A stretch of DNA of 45,809 nt, counting the filler, from Streblomastix strix (lineage: Eukaryota), in the NCBI GenBank assembly GCA_008636045.1. It is 2 parts of 2 records of this genome, joined end to end, with 100 filler letters (N's around TTAATTAATTAA, not from the genome) between each part and the next. Parts side by side here need not be neighbours in the genome. Positions count along the whole stretch, not along the records: positions 22,989 to 45,809 come from SNRW01000306.1; 1 more part is not named here. The stretch is one strand, 5' to 3'. Of the stretch, positions 22,989 through 36,428 are shown in pieces. The notes beneath the pieces are model-generated. The model was given only the letters and a program-made list of their open reading frames with translations, was not told the DNA's origin and did not search any database. Each line of letters begins with the position of its first letter. Within the stretch, counting starts at the first letter, position 1. The position numbers and the translations under genes were made by a program.

Positions 22989-25900
22989 ATTTCCATTATT
23001 AATAATTATTTTCATCATATTTACATCTTATACCATTTTCATCAACTTTACCGATATATTCAGTAATATTTCAATTTTTATTACTTATCCCATTATTTTT
23101 CATAAATTATCGCAAAATTAATTATTACCATAAACCTCGTTATAATTCCCTTCTGAGGTGCATCTAAATTCTATAAATAAAAAGATAATTAATTAACCGA
23201 TTCATAATAGAAAATATAAATTAATTGAATTACTTTGATTATCGAATATAATATTTATGTAGATTAGAAATTTATACTGCAATAGTTATTCCACTCTGAA
23301 GATGAATTTTACGCTTTCGATAACAATAAATCAGATCATTTTAATTTACGTACTACAGAAGATATTAGTGAAATTTGTTTTAATCATGCCATCAACAAGC
23401 ATATATAGCCTTAAACAGGTACGAAACAATTCAGTTAAAATATTTTGAATTATATATGTTATGTTGATATGAATTATGTTAATAAGCGGATTGAAGCATT
23501 TTTATATAATTTTTGGATGTCGGATCAACATATTCATATTGCATATAAATGATAGTTACAGCTCATCTACGTTATTCTACTTCTATCAATTCTAATTTAA
23601 TTACTCTTCTAAATAGAAGCGGACCAAATGAATGTTTAAAAATATGAACCAATTTTCGTTACTAATAATATTCTACCAGTAAAAGTATAAAGTCCAAATT
23701 GTTACTGTTACAATTAATGCAATAAATACATATCTAATTCGATTAATCTTCATAGTTCTTTCATAAATGATGCAGAATGAAGTTTAGCATGCATAGAGCT
23801 AATTCATGATTAACGCATGAATATAGAAAGACTTGTATAAATTTTTTCATTCAATAAAGCAATTAAAGTTAATGGAGTAATTTGAGTTTTATTATCGGAC
23901 AATTTATTCATTTAATTTACTGGATACTTAGAATTGTACTATAGTGGAAATATAAATTAAAAAACTAACTAAAGGATCTTGCAAATAAATAGAAAAGTAT
24001 GTGAATAGAATGTAGACTTCAAAAAATTAAGTTAAAAGCAAATGATTCTTTTCAGAACTGATAATAAATACTCCATTCATAAGCTATTTTGCAGAATATC
24101 AACTGATATTAGCTATATTCGCTAATAATCAAGTTGGATGGCTATATTTTGAAGGAACTAATAATTTAATAATTAATAAAATGGTTTATAAACAAAAATT
24201 AATTTATACATCTATTATCTATGGTAAAAATATGATATTTCAAACAAATCAAGTATGAATGAGTAAAACAATTTATTTAATATTGAGTAACAATTTTGGA
24301 TGAATAGTTCAAACGAAATACATGGATATGTATAATAATTTGCTACTCGAAATATAATACTAATGAAAAATAATTCGTATTAATTATTTATATTTTTGTT
24401 TCTTTATTATGTTCAGTAATGTTTTCAATTAATTTCAGTCATTAATTTTCTATCTTCTTGAGCAATCGAATATATCTCTTTTAATTCTTTCATTCGCAAA
24501 CGTTTATTAAATTATTACAACAAAAACTTCAATTTTATATCAACTAATACCTTTTCCAGTGATTCGCTAGATTAGAAAAAATTTGTTATAAATAGAAAAT
24601 TTTTCAAAATTTATTTATTGTTCAAAAAATGAAATTTATAATTGAAATTACTCGTAATTAATCGGCTATAGATTTATTGAGAAAAAATGAAGAATTAAGT
24701 ATTTTGCTGGTGGCAAAGATACTCATGGCATTTAACGCACAAAAGAAAAAACTGTAAAGGTGATGTTGATTGTTAATCATCATCAAGAAAAAACTTCACC
24801 ACAATATTGAACAAATAATGGTAAAAAATTAAAATATAGGCCATTCCCAACGGACCTAATTTATATATGTTTTTATTAAATAATATTATATATTTAATTA
24901 TTTTATTTTCCGTGAAATTAGTTTTATATGCCGGAAATCATTGACCAGGGAGAAAACAACTTTTTAAAATTTTTCATAAAATAATTAAAATCGGTTTTTC
25001 GTTACTATTTTGAAACAATTTATTATAACAAATAAAAAATATGTAAATATAATAAAGTATTGAAAATTATTTTGTGTAAATTAAATTATAAAATAAGGTG
25101 CATAGTATTAAAATTTATCAAAAATAAAAAATTTCATTAAGATGAGTACAGGATAAAAAATATTTGAAATTAATACATCAAAAATGATAATTAACATTAA
25201 ATAAATATAAAATGTATAAATTTATATAAAATAAAACAACTGAACCTCCATGATACAATGAAAACTTTACAAAATTTTTCATAGATCAATTACTGCAGTA
25301 AATAATTATAAAAATTAAAATGAATTATATTAAATAAAAAAGATATAAATTGATTATATAATAATTTATAGTTTAAAATATAATAAACATACCAGGCATA
25401 TGGATATGAACCTTTCCATTTTTGCATTTCTCCCTCGCTTTGCGCACCATGTGGTATCGATCTGTCGGATATTACATTATAATTATATGTAAATAAATAT
25501 AGCAATATAAAATTTATCAAATATATAATAATATAATATATAATCAACGAGAAAATGTAAAAAATTTATTGTTCGAGATATAGTAAAATAAAATAATATT
25601 TGCTTATATATATTTGTTTAAAATAAAATTTAAAATATTTAGTTAAATTTGTGTTGGACTTGGTAATGTACAAAATGTAAATTTTGAAAAATAAAATATT
25701 TTATGATTTTTTCTATCGTATCAATATAAAATGTAGTATATTTATTGAATATTATCTATATAAAAATATTAAAGATGAATTATTATAAATTTGAGTGTTT
25801 TAACACAGCGGATGATGTGATACGAGCTTTGCTATATAATTTCCAATTCAAGTAACTTTTGAATAAGAAATTTATTTAATTTTATTTTAACTTTAAACAT

Positions 25901-26354
25901 TAATTTTATGTTTTTAACTTATGTTTTTATATTTATAATGAAATTTAATATCTGAATGTGAAGATAACATTATTTGACAAAAATTCTAATTTCTCGATGA
26001 AAAGGCAGTATTTTTATATTTTATTAATTTCACGGAAAACAGTGAAATTTAATATAATAAATGTATCTATTAGCTCAAACATGAATTATATAGGTTGATA
26101 ATGACCCATATGAAATGGAAAAATTTAATATTTTTTTAATTACATTTTAAGATAGTTGAGAATAATTAAAAAATCCGAAATTTCATCCATTTATACTTAT
26201 TATAATAAAAAATAGAATAATGAAGATTTTTCAGGTTATTCTCTATTTATTATGACTAATTTTTGTTATAAAAAGCAGTAAGAGAGATAGAGTTATGCAT
26301 TTAATAAGTAATTGTAACTTTATTTAAGTGATTAACTCAAAATTTCCTAAATTA

Positions 26355-26433
26355 AAACAATCCAGCTATTAATAATGCCTTCATTCTTTTGTTGGAATAC
26401 AACCGACCGGTCAATGGATCAGATCGAAACAAA
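26355..26433 (+). repeat. DIRS right ITR plus right extension
   Basis: 26385-26433 is an inverted copy of 31551-31600; 26355-26387 is complementary to 26684-26715. Confidence 0.82.
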
Positions 26434-26683
26434 CTGACTTGATAAAAAACAGTATAGCAAAATGCTTTTAAAACATTGCAGTGAAATGCGCCAATCGTTT
26501 CATTACTTCGCTTGAAACCTCCTCTCGCGTTTCATTGCTCTTCTTCTTCAGTTTATGAAGTAGTAGTGGTTTGATCTTCAAATGTCAACAGCTCGACTGC
26601 GTCTTTTGTGCACGGACACTGTGATTTTAGTTGTTGAATGCTTTTAAATAAAATATAAATGTTAGAATTATCAAAATTAAGTA

Positions 26684-26790
26684 GAACGAAGGCCTCATTA
26701 ATTGTTAGATTGTTTAAAACACAACCGTTCCTCTGGGTTTCTCATTACCAAGGCCATTATTCGGCCTTCATTCCTTTATTGGAATGCAAA
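26684..26790 (+). repeat. DIRS internal complementary region (ICR)
   Basis: One half pairs with the element 3' end (26355-26387), the other with the 5' end (31581-31658), joined at TTT 26713-26715. Confidence 0.82.
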
Positions 26791-27244
26791 GGATCATGTA
26801 AAGAGTATATATAAAGTGCTGTGAAATGTAATTTTTACCTAATTAATTTGAAGTATTGAAATAATGTATTTGTGTGATATGATAATGTGATTTGATATAT
26901 AAATATATTTATTGGGAGTATCATAGTATTATAGATTTTATATAAAATTTATATAATTAATTTGATGAGTTTAAGTGGTTTGTAATAATGATGTATTAGA
27001 ATGATAATATATGGTGATATGTTAAAATATAACCCACTGATTTAAATCTATAAAATTAAGATATGGTTATATGTTGTTAGAAAAAATGCCGATACACTTC
27101 ATTTAGGCTATTATTAATGGGCAAGAGAACTAACCCTCTTCGGGTATAGTTGACCTTGACGCAAAAGGCCAGTGATAATAGTCATATATATCATAAATGC
27201 ATATATTTATTAATGTATTTAATATAATATATCTTAATATTTGT

Positions 27245-28290
27245 TCAAATTTTATTCATAGATTTGATGTTATTATATATATATCGTTCAAACCTATCTT
27301 AATCAAATAAAATATTTCCCAAATCTCTCTGAATTGGACGATTATAGAAAGCATCAACGACGGTGGAAGTTAGAACATGACGAGAGAATGCATTCACTTC
27401 ATATTTTGAAGCTCATTTTTGTCAAAGTTTTGTCATTACTGCATGTTTGATGGAGGGTCCATTGTAAGGTAGAAGGATATATACATTTCGAATAATCGAA
27501 GTTAGAGTTTTGCTGCAATAGAATGAGGTAAGTTGAGTTTATTTTTAGATGTTCCAAAAGAATGAGATGGGTTTTAATTTCAACGATTTTCCTACTAATG
27601 TCCATTCATTTATCGCTTTAATAGGGCAAAGGAGTTATTTGTTTATTTTATGATTATTTTTTCATTTCTAATAGTATTCCCCTTTTTAATTTGAGTTGTG
27701 ATTGTTAATATATTAAGCTTCTTATTCTTATTTAATGTAGAAGAAAAGGTTAAGTCATTTAATTATATTCGTAAAAGCTTTGTCATTCTTGCAGCTAAAA
27801 AACAAACAAGTAGTGCTTTTATTTTTGATTGAATCTCTTGTGGAGTGGTGCATGGAGTAATCTAGATGTGATTGAGATGTATTTTAATTTCCCATATTAC
27901 TGCATATCTTGCTTTTGATTCTATGTTTAATATTGAGACATCTAGAAAAGTTCTTTATTAGTGGAGAATGACTAATACTGGAATTCTAGAGAATTATGCT
28001 AGGTCTGCATTTGTGTGAATACTGAGAGAGATAAGATTTGATTTTCTGCTCTTTCCACCTTTTTCACTGATCCAGGATAGATAATTGACAACATAAACAT
28101 CTAGGCGACCGTTCGATAATATCTCTGGAGATATATTATTTAGTTTCATATATTAATCCATCAAACTTAAGCCAGTTCATCTTTTTTTCCAGGTCTCCAA
28201 GTTAGATTCTGATTTAATTAGCTTATGATGACCTTATTTAGACCGGATAGTTCTGCCAACTTTCTGTAAATGCTTTCTCCAACTGCATAT
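27245..28290 (-). pseudogene. DIRS tyrosine recombinase (stops and frameshifts)
   Basis: FLAARMTKL, CPIKAINEW, YNGPSIKHAVMTKL, VNAFSRH, VVDAFYNRP. Confidence 0.8.
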
Positions 28291-30327
28291 TTGTCGTCGG
28301 AACTGCTAAAAGATTTCCTGGCGGGAGCTTTAGACGTAGTTGATTCATACGTTTTCCTATTTCAAGTACCATTTGGCATGAGCTCTGATTCAATTGACAA
28401 AGTATCTTAAGAAACAATAGGTTGAACTTATTCATGCGCCAGTCCGGTAAGACGAACAGGGCTATCGAATGTTTCCTTCGTAGTTTATTCAGAGCCTGAA
28501 GGATCTTTTAGATTGTAGGATGGATTAATGACTGGAGGTTCACCCAGGATGTGTTGAACGCCCTCCTTTTTACCTCTGTGTTTCTGTCCAGCTACATCGA
28601 GCAGCATCATCTGTGTAAATTCATTGTTCGTGTGGCTAAGAGATCGATCTCTGGGAAGAAGTTAAGAAACATTGTTACTGCATTAAAGATCTCTGTATTT
28701 ATCATGTAGTCCCCCCTCCATGCAAGTCTGCTGAGAGAGTCTGCTTTCAGATTCAGTAAGCCCGGAATGTGTTTCGTAGACAGAGTGATTTTCATCTCTC
28801 GAAGTAGTTGAAATATCAGCCTAACCAAATGAATCATCGGAGGTTTTGCGCTCCAGCGTCTTAATGAGTATTCGACTGTTTGATTGTCGGTCTCCGGAGT
28901 AATTGAATTGACTTTCTGGCTCTGAAATAATGGTCGAAAGGCTCGAAGTGCCATAAGAACTGCTGCCATCTCGTGTTAATTACTGCTTTTCAAGTGCCAA
29001 TTCTTGTTCCACTATTCGACATCCATTAATTCGAACTGTTTCCATTGCAATGTGGCCAACAGCTTGATTCTGCTACATCTATAATTAGAGTTATCTGTGA
29101 ATTAAGGTCTACCAAACTACGTAGACGGTTATTCTTAATTGTCTTGAGCTACTTGAAAAGGTTTCCAATGATTTTCTTACTGAGTTTAACAGAACAATCC
29201 CATCCCCTTTTGTTCAGTGCATAACATTTAAGATGATTGAGAGAATTGAGATAGAGGGAAGTGTCCGGGAATTAGAAGAGTAAGTAGTTGAGTGAACTTA
29301 TTAGAGAGGCGAGATCCTTCACTTTGACTATCTGTTGATTAAGAGTCGCTAGAATCCAACGTTTTAGTAGATTCTTCAGAAACCTTCTAGTTGCATGTGC
29401 CATTTTCACTTCCATCATTTATGAGTTCCATTCCCAGCCGAGGTAAATAAATGCTGTCAAAGGGTGAATTCTGCACTACCGAGTCAGAAATTTCCATCCT
29501 AGATCTTTGAGAAATTAAATAACTCTAATTATTATCCTTGTCAGCTCATCCTTATCTCCAATTATAAGATTGATATCGTATATATAATATATAATTAGGA
29601 CTTTCACCTTCCATATTTTCCTGATTTCCTTTAGAGCAATCCTAAGAGTCTTGATAAATATGTAGATGATGTTCTTGTATCCGAAGGAATGTCCACTGTA
29701 AGCGAATGTCTTACCCAGGAAACTAAATCCAAAGTAAAGGTGGAATGAATCCGAAACCTTCATATAGTTAAATGCATTCTCTAAGTCGAGAGTTAATGCA
29801 TAATCATGTTGTGCTAAGATTTTTTTAATAAATTACGCGCCTTCCATCTTGAATTTCACAAAGTTAGTTATTTTATTAACTTATCTGCAGTCTAGTATCT
29901 TCCGTATTTTTCCATCTGGTTTGAGAACAAGGAATGTTGAATTATAGACTCTGATGTAATCTGTTTCCACTATTATACCATTTTTGATTTTCTTCATCAG
30001 TTCATTGGCGTTTTCGATCATTTAGTAGGCTAGAGCTCTAAATTCCTTGTATATTGGTATCGATTCCAGTTGATTCAGGTCTTCGATCGAGGTCAAATTA
30101 GGTTGAGCCCCAGTAAAATGTTTATTTTGCTACCAATTTGATTTCACATTTCTATTCTTGCTGTCAGTCTGTTAGGAACTGAAACACTTTCCAAATCGAT
30201 TGATTTCGACTTCTTCAAGTTATTATTTTTAAATTAATCTTAACCATTAATCAGAATCTTGGTATTTAACATTATCATTTTCATTTTATGAAACATCAGA
30301 TTCAGTATTCACTTCATCAACTTCCAT
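28146..30327 (-). pseudogene. DIRS reverse transcriptase / RNase H / Dam-like methyltransferase ORF (decayed)
   Basis: GKIRKILDCR, FKMEG, LDLENAF, YIYD (degenerate YxDD), YLGWEW, TDNQTV, HIPGLLNLKADSLSR, PEIDLLA, IHPTI, LPDW. Confidence 0.88.
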
Positions 30328-30329
30328 AT

Positions 30330-31600
30330 CTACCTCATACCTCGGAATTTATCATTGTTATTTAGGTAATGCTGCCTATCGAGAGCTGTTTGATTGGTTT
30401 GTTAAATTTTATTAGAACAAATTAGTTTATGAGCCTTGTTATAGGAGGAATTTCTGAGCTTAAGGTTAATAATTCATAGGAGGTTGTTGAAACAGTGATA
30501 CTTATTAGAATTTGTTGTGATACATTTATTAATTTGGTTGCAGGAAGTGTTGAGGGTAATTAGAACTCGGAAAACCTGCTTTGTTTCTTTTGTTCAGGTC
30601 AATATATAGTTTGCGTTTAGCTGATGTACTTATTACTAGTTTTAGAACTGAAATTAATAGAGTTATTAGTTGTTTTATTGGAACGTGTTCTAACTGTAGT
30701 TCTATCAGAATTGGTTATTATAGTTATTTGGAGCTTGATATTGGGGTACTAGAAAAATCGGCTACGTCTGCTGGATTCCAGATGTCTGTGTAGATGATGT
30801 ATTAGCCTGAGTTGTGTGATCAGTAACTGATTTTACTTAAGTAGACGTTTGTTATTCATCTTTGGGAGTTGAAATATGATTCTTTATCTTATATAATTCT
30901 TTAATATTCTCAACCGATTCTTTGTTGGTAACACTAAATGCATCACCTTCTTTTCTAAGTGCAGAACGGAATTCAGGATTAATTTAGGCCATTTTCCTTC
31001 TCCGTTGTGCCTCACTTGTTATAATTCTTGCAGTGTGATATGACGTTAAGATAAACTGTTGAGCTGCTTGAAACTCGCTCTGTACTAGTGCTACAGAAGT
31101 TGTCACAAGCGAGATATGCACTAAAACTGTAAATTGTTCAGTTTCTACCTACTCCTCTGCATCTGATGATCTAATGCTCTCGGGGGCACCTCTACCGTTC
31201 GTTTCAAGACCCTCGATTAAATCATCGAGTCACAGGAATAGTTCCTTTTCACGTTTTGTAGCGTTTTCACCAGTTGGGAGTATTTGTGCTGCCTTTTTGC
31301 TATAGTAGTTCTCAAAAAGTTTTGAAGTTGAATCCAGTTGCTATATGAGATGTTTCGCTTCGGTATTGTTTACGTTTTAGCCAAGCATCAAACATGTTCA
31401 ATACGGAATTGCTTCAGAGGTTCCGACCCGCTATATCGATGAATCTTGTGACTCACTCGCCTTGCAATCTGTTAGAGGCTACTTTTGATAATTTTTTGGA
31501 CATAAATTTACAGCGCTCACGTCATCAATCAAACGGTTAGAAATAGCAATTTTGTTTCGATCTGACCCATTGACTGGTCGTTTGTATTCCAATAAAAGAA
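30330..31600 (-). pseudogene. DIRS gag-like ORF with Gln-rich C-terminal part
   Basis: Long table-6 frame with few TGA stops upstream of RT; helical core then Q/P/N-rich tail. Confidence 0.6.
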
Positions 31601-31658
31601 ATATGGACGAATAATGGCCTGGGTAATGAGAAACCCAGAAGAACGGTCGGGTTTTGAA
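31551..31658 (-). repeat. DIRS left ITR
   Basis: Complementary to both 26385-26433 and 26713-26790. Confidence 0.82.
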
Positions 31659-33676
31659 TCAACTCGCCTTCCTTTATATAAAGTATTTACGACATTCGCG
31701 CCAAGTTCTCAGAAAAGAATAGCAAAAATACAGGAAGACCATGTGGGAGCATCCTTTTATATAAATGTCACAAATACGTCAACAAAGAGATTATGGCTAC
31801 AACCTTAGTCATCATAAGTTTCACTTGATTCTTAACTAATTGATAAATTCTATTAATAATGATTGTAATGTTTGTTATATATAGAAGTTTTTGAAATTAA
31901 GGAAAGTGATAGCGCCAGCAATTTTGATATAATAAATGTAAAAATTACACCAAACAATAAAATGATTTAAACTTTCGGTCAGATGAATCATTATCAGATA
32001 AAAAATTATTTTTTTAAATTTTACAATTGTCTACTCAAGAGAAATTTACGCAAATAACAGTAAATATTGGAAAAGTAACGATTAATATTTTTATTTGACC
32101 GTGGTTGATATAATTTTTGTATGATCATCCTCTTATTTCTCTCCATCTGGCAGTTTTAATGAAAATTAAAGAATAATAAAAACGGATTATTTGTACGAAT
32201 TTGTTATTTTCAAAGATCGACAAGATATATATATATATATATATTGACAAATGAAAATCATTAATATTTTTTGTTCAGTTTTGCTGTTTGGTAAGAAATC
32301 TGGGAATATAATCAGTTCCGAAGAAATTTAAAGATTTTCCTAGAAAAACGAGCTATTTTTTAATTTATCAAATGATAGAATAGATTTAAAAATTAATTTA
32401 ATGAAAATAAAGAATTTATAATATTAATAAATTTATAATATTTAATTTAATAAGAATTAAAAAGTATGCATAAAAATTTTATTAATATGATAAGTATAAA
32501 TTCAAAAAATAATCTAATATTAACCATCATAAATTATTATACCTATTATTAATCGAACAATTCGTCATAGTAGTGGAGATTATAATGCAGTTCATTTCTA
32601 TAAACATCAGCATATTTATTAATTTAACAAAAAAATATTATTTTAAATGTTTAATAACATTTTTAATGTAAATTTAAACTCAAATTTTATGAATTAATTA
32701 ACGAAGAAAATAATAGTTTCAGATTTGATTGTTAAGTTGAAATATGAAGATAATTAGAAATTTTAGATTCAAAGTTATTATATGAAAAACTAAACAGTTA
32801 AATGTAACGTATTGAATATAAATAGAAAACGACTTTGTCATAAATGATAATTTAAGTAATTATATTTGTTAGGATAGAAAAAAATTTAATACCATATTCG
32901 CATATAAATAAAACGATAGGTAAAGAATATTAATAACTACAATTAAACTCAAAATCTGAACTTTATTCCAATAAGATTTTGAAAATCAAAACCAAAAGTA
33001 AAAACTTTAAAGCAATTTTTTTGAATTCATAATAATAAAAGAAAATATATATTCGTTTGAATATTTATCAACACTTTATTTGGTATTTCATATTATAGAA
33101 GAATTTTAAAAAAATCTAATAATTGATTACTCAAAAAACTGAATTTAAATCAATCATTATTACGTAATAAAGTAAAGATTTAAAAATAAAAAATTTAATG
33201 AGAAATAATATGATTTTAATTGACTCTTTATAGAGTAGAGAATTTCATATCTGCAATAAAAGTAATAACATTATATATAGCTATTGAATTTGTTTAATTT
33301 AATTTATTTGAGCATTGATTATTAAAGAATAAATAAAAATATATTTATTCTCTGATAAAGTTAAACAAAGGGCAAAATATATCGATTAACTCGTCAAAGA
33401 AAATATTTCAATTGGACATGATCTTATATTAAAAAATTAGAAAATGAAGAAAAGTTTCACACTTCGATAACTGATGTTGTTTTGTTAGAACACTCAAAAT
33501 ATCAAAGTGAAAAAAGTAACAACTAGAAATCAATCCAACATATAAGTCAAAATTGAATAATTTTCAACGATTATTCATATCTTAAAAAAATGAGCAACAT
33601 TTTGCGTAATAATATATTGATTTAAACAAGTTCATCGTTTGATTATTATATTCTATAATGTTTTCATGAAAAAAAG

Positions 33677-36286
33677 TCATTTATTAATTTCCTTGAGGAA
33701 ATTTGTATTTTCTACATTAATATTCACGCCATCATATGTTCTGAAGTTGCTGTTAACATTTAATACCAAATATCTTCTATCTTTTATAGATATTTATACA
33801 GGATTACTATGATTTGATATCAAAATCAGGTTTGTAACGTTTTATTCAGTGTGTGGATTTACATATTTTGCTTCATATTCTAATTGATTGTCCGTAATTA
33901 TTGATTTCAATGATTCAATTTCATGTTATGACATATCGCTGAACTTTCTTAGCTCATTTCCAACAGCATATACTTTAAATAACAATGATCTGTTGAATTT
34001 ACTTCCGATTGAGGACAGTATTGTTAAATTTCCCTCTGAATATCCGTCCGTTAATTCGCTTAATTTATTCGTAAATATATTTTTCCCAGTGACTTCCATG
34101 TCTGTTAATATAATACATACTTCTGTTTGTAATTATGGATATTAATTCAAGTGAGACATCCAATCCATGATATATTCATAAACTTATGAACGGATATTTA
34201 CTATTCATGTCTTATAAGATGTAAAAACGGTGAAATTACTTATGATTAATAATTTTCTTTAAGATAATCGTATTTCCAGCCTTAAAATATTGAAAAAAAC
34301 ACTTAAATCTTCGCTTAGAAAATATATATCAGTAATTATTAAGAAATCTTCTTAAAGACTTGCTATTTTACACAGAGTTTATGATTTCAAATCATTATAT
34401 TTTGAATATACATCCAGAGATTTTCTTGCTACATCAATAGATAACCTCTGAATTTCATAAAACGGATTATTTCAAATTTATTTATCAATATCATCATCGT
34501 CGTTTTCAATTATTTTCGCAGATATTATAGACTTCGATGATGAATCTTTCGTTTGTAACTCTTAAAATACTTTTATTTACGGAGGTTTTTTCAATTTTAT
34601 TTTTTATTTTAGTAAGTAAACCATTTCACTCCTTTATTTCTAAATTCTCAATATTTTTGTAAAGTCAGATATAACTTCTTCTACACAATCATATGGTTTT
34701 ACTCTAATTTTATATATAATGCCTTCTAAACCGAATTATTCTTTTATTTCGATATTACATTCCTATATCTTCATGAAATCGTAAACAGCGGATTCTGAAG
34801 GAATTCGGCCACGATGCAAAGCATCGCTATTTGTTTAAGGTCAACCGCTTTATTTCTTTTTTGACGTCAGTAATAGAATTAATTGTTGTGTATAATAATC
34901 TGGCTTGAACTTCTTGATATATCCCTGTAAACTATATGGCGATTATTATTTTCCAGAATTACGTTAACGATGCGCATGAAAACATATTTTCGCTTATAAG
35001 AAGTAATCGCAATTTTCTTCTATGTAATCACAGTATTCATTTATGAAATCTTCATCAACATCTTCGATGGATCACAATCCATTTATATAAGTGCACAGCG
35101 TAAATAAGCTCAATTATCCTTCTGCATGAGGATGATTTGTGTGAATTATGGTCTAATTTAATACTTGAACTAATATTTTTGCTTATTCTTTGGTCATTTC
35201 TTATTTTTCTAAGCAATGTTCCGCGTTACAACTTTTATGTTCTTCGATTTTTTCTAAATTTGCATCATCGAGCTGAATAACTTTAATGTCAAGCCTAAGA
35301 TTAGAAATGCATTTTATATTTCTGGAAGACCTGTCTTTTCATATGCATTATTTAAGTCCTGATATGTAAGAATTGGATTTTTCAATTCACCTGTTTATAG
35401 CTTCTATTTATATCAGGATTTAGTGGTTTTCTCTTTGAATCTCGATATTTTTATATCTATGTTCCAGGTTGCATAATTCTTCTCGTTTTATATCTGTCTT
35501 CAACGTTGATTAATTCATCCATTTAACAGTCAAATATTGCATCAGCACATGTAAATACACCAACTGAAAATTTTTTTGTTACAATTACATTAACCATAGA
35601 ATTTTGATGTAATTTGAGAGGGCTCATGTTACAATATATGTGAAGCCCGCATCTTGCTGATTTAGCAAGGTCAACATTGCATCGTTAATTGTTTTTTTCC
35701 ATCAAGATTTGTGCCTCTATTGCATTTGTAGCATAATCTAGAAAATCTTGTTGATTTTATGGTTGAAACAGTTATATTATGCTATTTCTTATCTAATCAC
35801 GCTGTGTAACATCTAATTTATCTTCATGATCAATGCTTATATTAATTACCACCAAGTATTTGCATTATGCCATTTCAAGAGTATGACCTGTGCATGTTTT
35901 ATTCTTATTTTTCTTGACCTACGCTTTTTCGGTTTGATAAGTTGTTTGAAATGCTATCTTTTTATAATTATACAGATTGATTGTCGCAAACTAAATTCTA
36001 TCTATTAATCTTTATGATGTTTTATTTTTTAGAAGGCTCTTTAAATGATAAATCATGCGTTTTTGGTGGTAATCCATGCTTTTGACCACATTTACGAAGA
36101 TCCATGTAAAGATCTAGTTTATTATATTTTCCATGAAAATTATAGCATAATTATTCATACATGAAAGGATCATCTATTTCTAAATCAAAAGTCCAGCTCT
36201 CGATGGTTAATTTTATGTTTCGTCATTTAATTTTTCCCCAATTTATATATCTTAACTGACATGTCCTAGATTTGAGACTTATCCAT
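33677..36286 (-). pseudogene. Prim-Pol/D5-like primase-helicase (decayed)
   Basis: KSARCGLHIYC, IILTDMEVTGKNIF, GNELRKF, LKSIITDN, ILISNH, DRRY. Confidence 0.82.
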
Positions 36287-36428
36287 GTTTGTACATTTGT
36301 CAAATTACTAAAAGTGATAAGACAAAAAATAAAACTTCATGAATTAATAATTAATTAGGACATTAATTAAAAAGTAAAAAATAAAAAAATTTATTAAAAA
36401 ACCATTTTTAAAATTTAAATTATTTTTT

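Larger units (their letters stand above)
26355..31658 (-). mobile_element. Full-length decayed DIRS1-type tyrosine-recombinase retrotransposon (~5.3 kb)
   Basis: gag-like, RT/RNase H/methyltransferase and YR frames, with ITRs and an internal complementary region. Confidence 0.9.

Noticed and set aside
23300..24400. Possible decayed host ORF after the linker
   Set aside because: Interrupted frames and no recognisable motif
25385..25475. GC-richer minus-strand patch (ISDRSIPHGAQSEGEMQKWKGSYPYA) followed by a GTATGT donor-like site
   Set aside because: Possibly a host exon remnant, but no gene model or family could be supported
24905..26040. Short inverted match TAATTTCACGGAAAA (about 24906-24920 and 26025-26039)
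   Set aside because: Only ~15 nt in very AT-rich sequence, with no TSD or transposase evident
32135..32167. ttctctccatctggcagttttaatgaaa resembling a deleted piece of the internal repeat
   Set aside because: Short, lacks the 9-bp units, plausibly chance in AT-rich DNA
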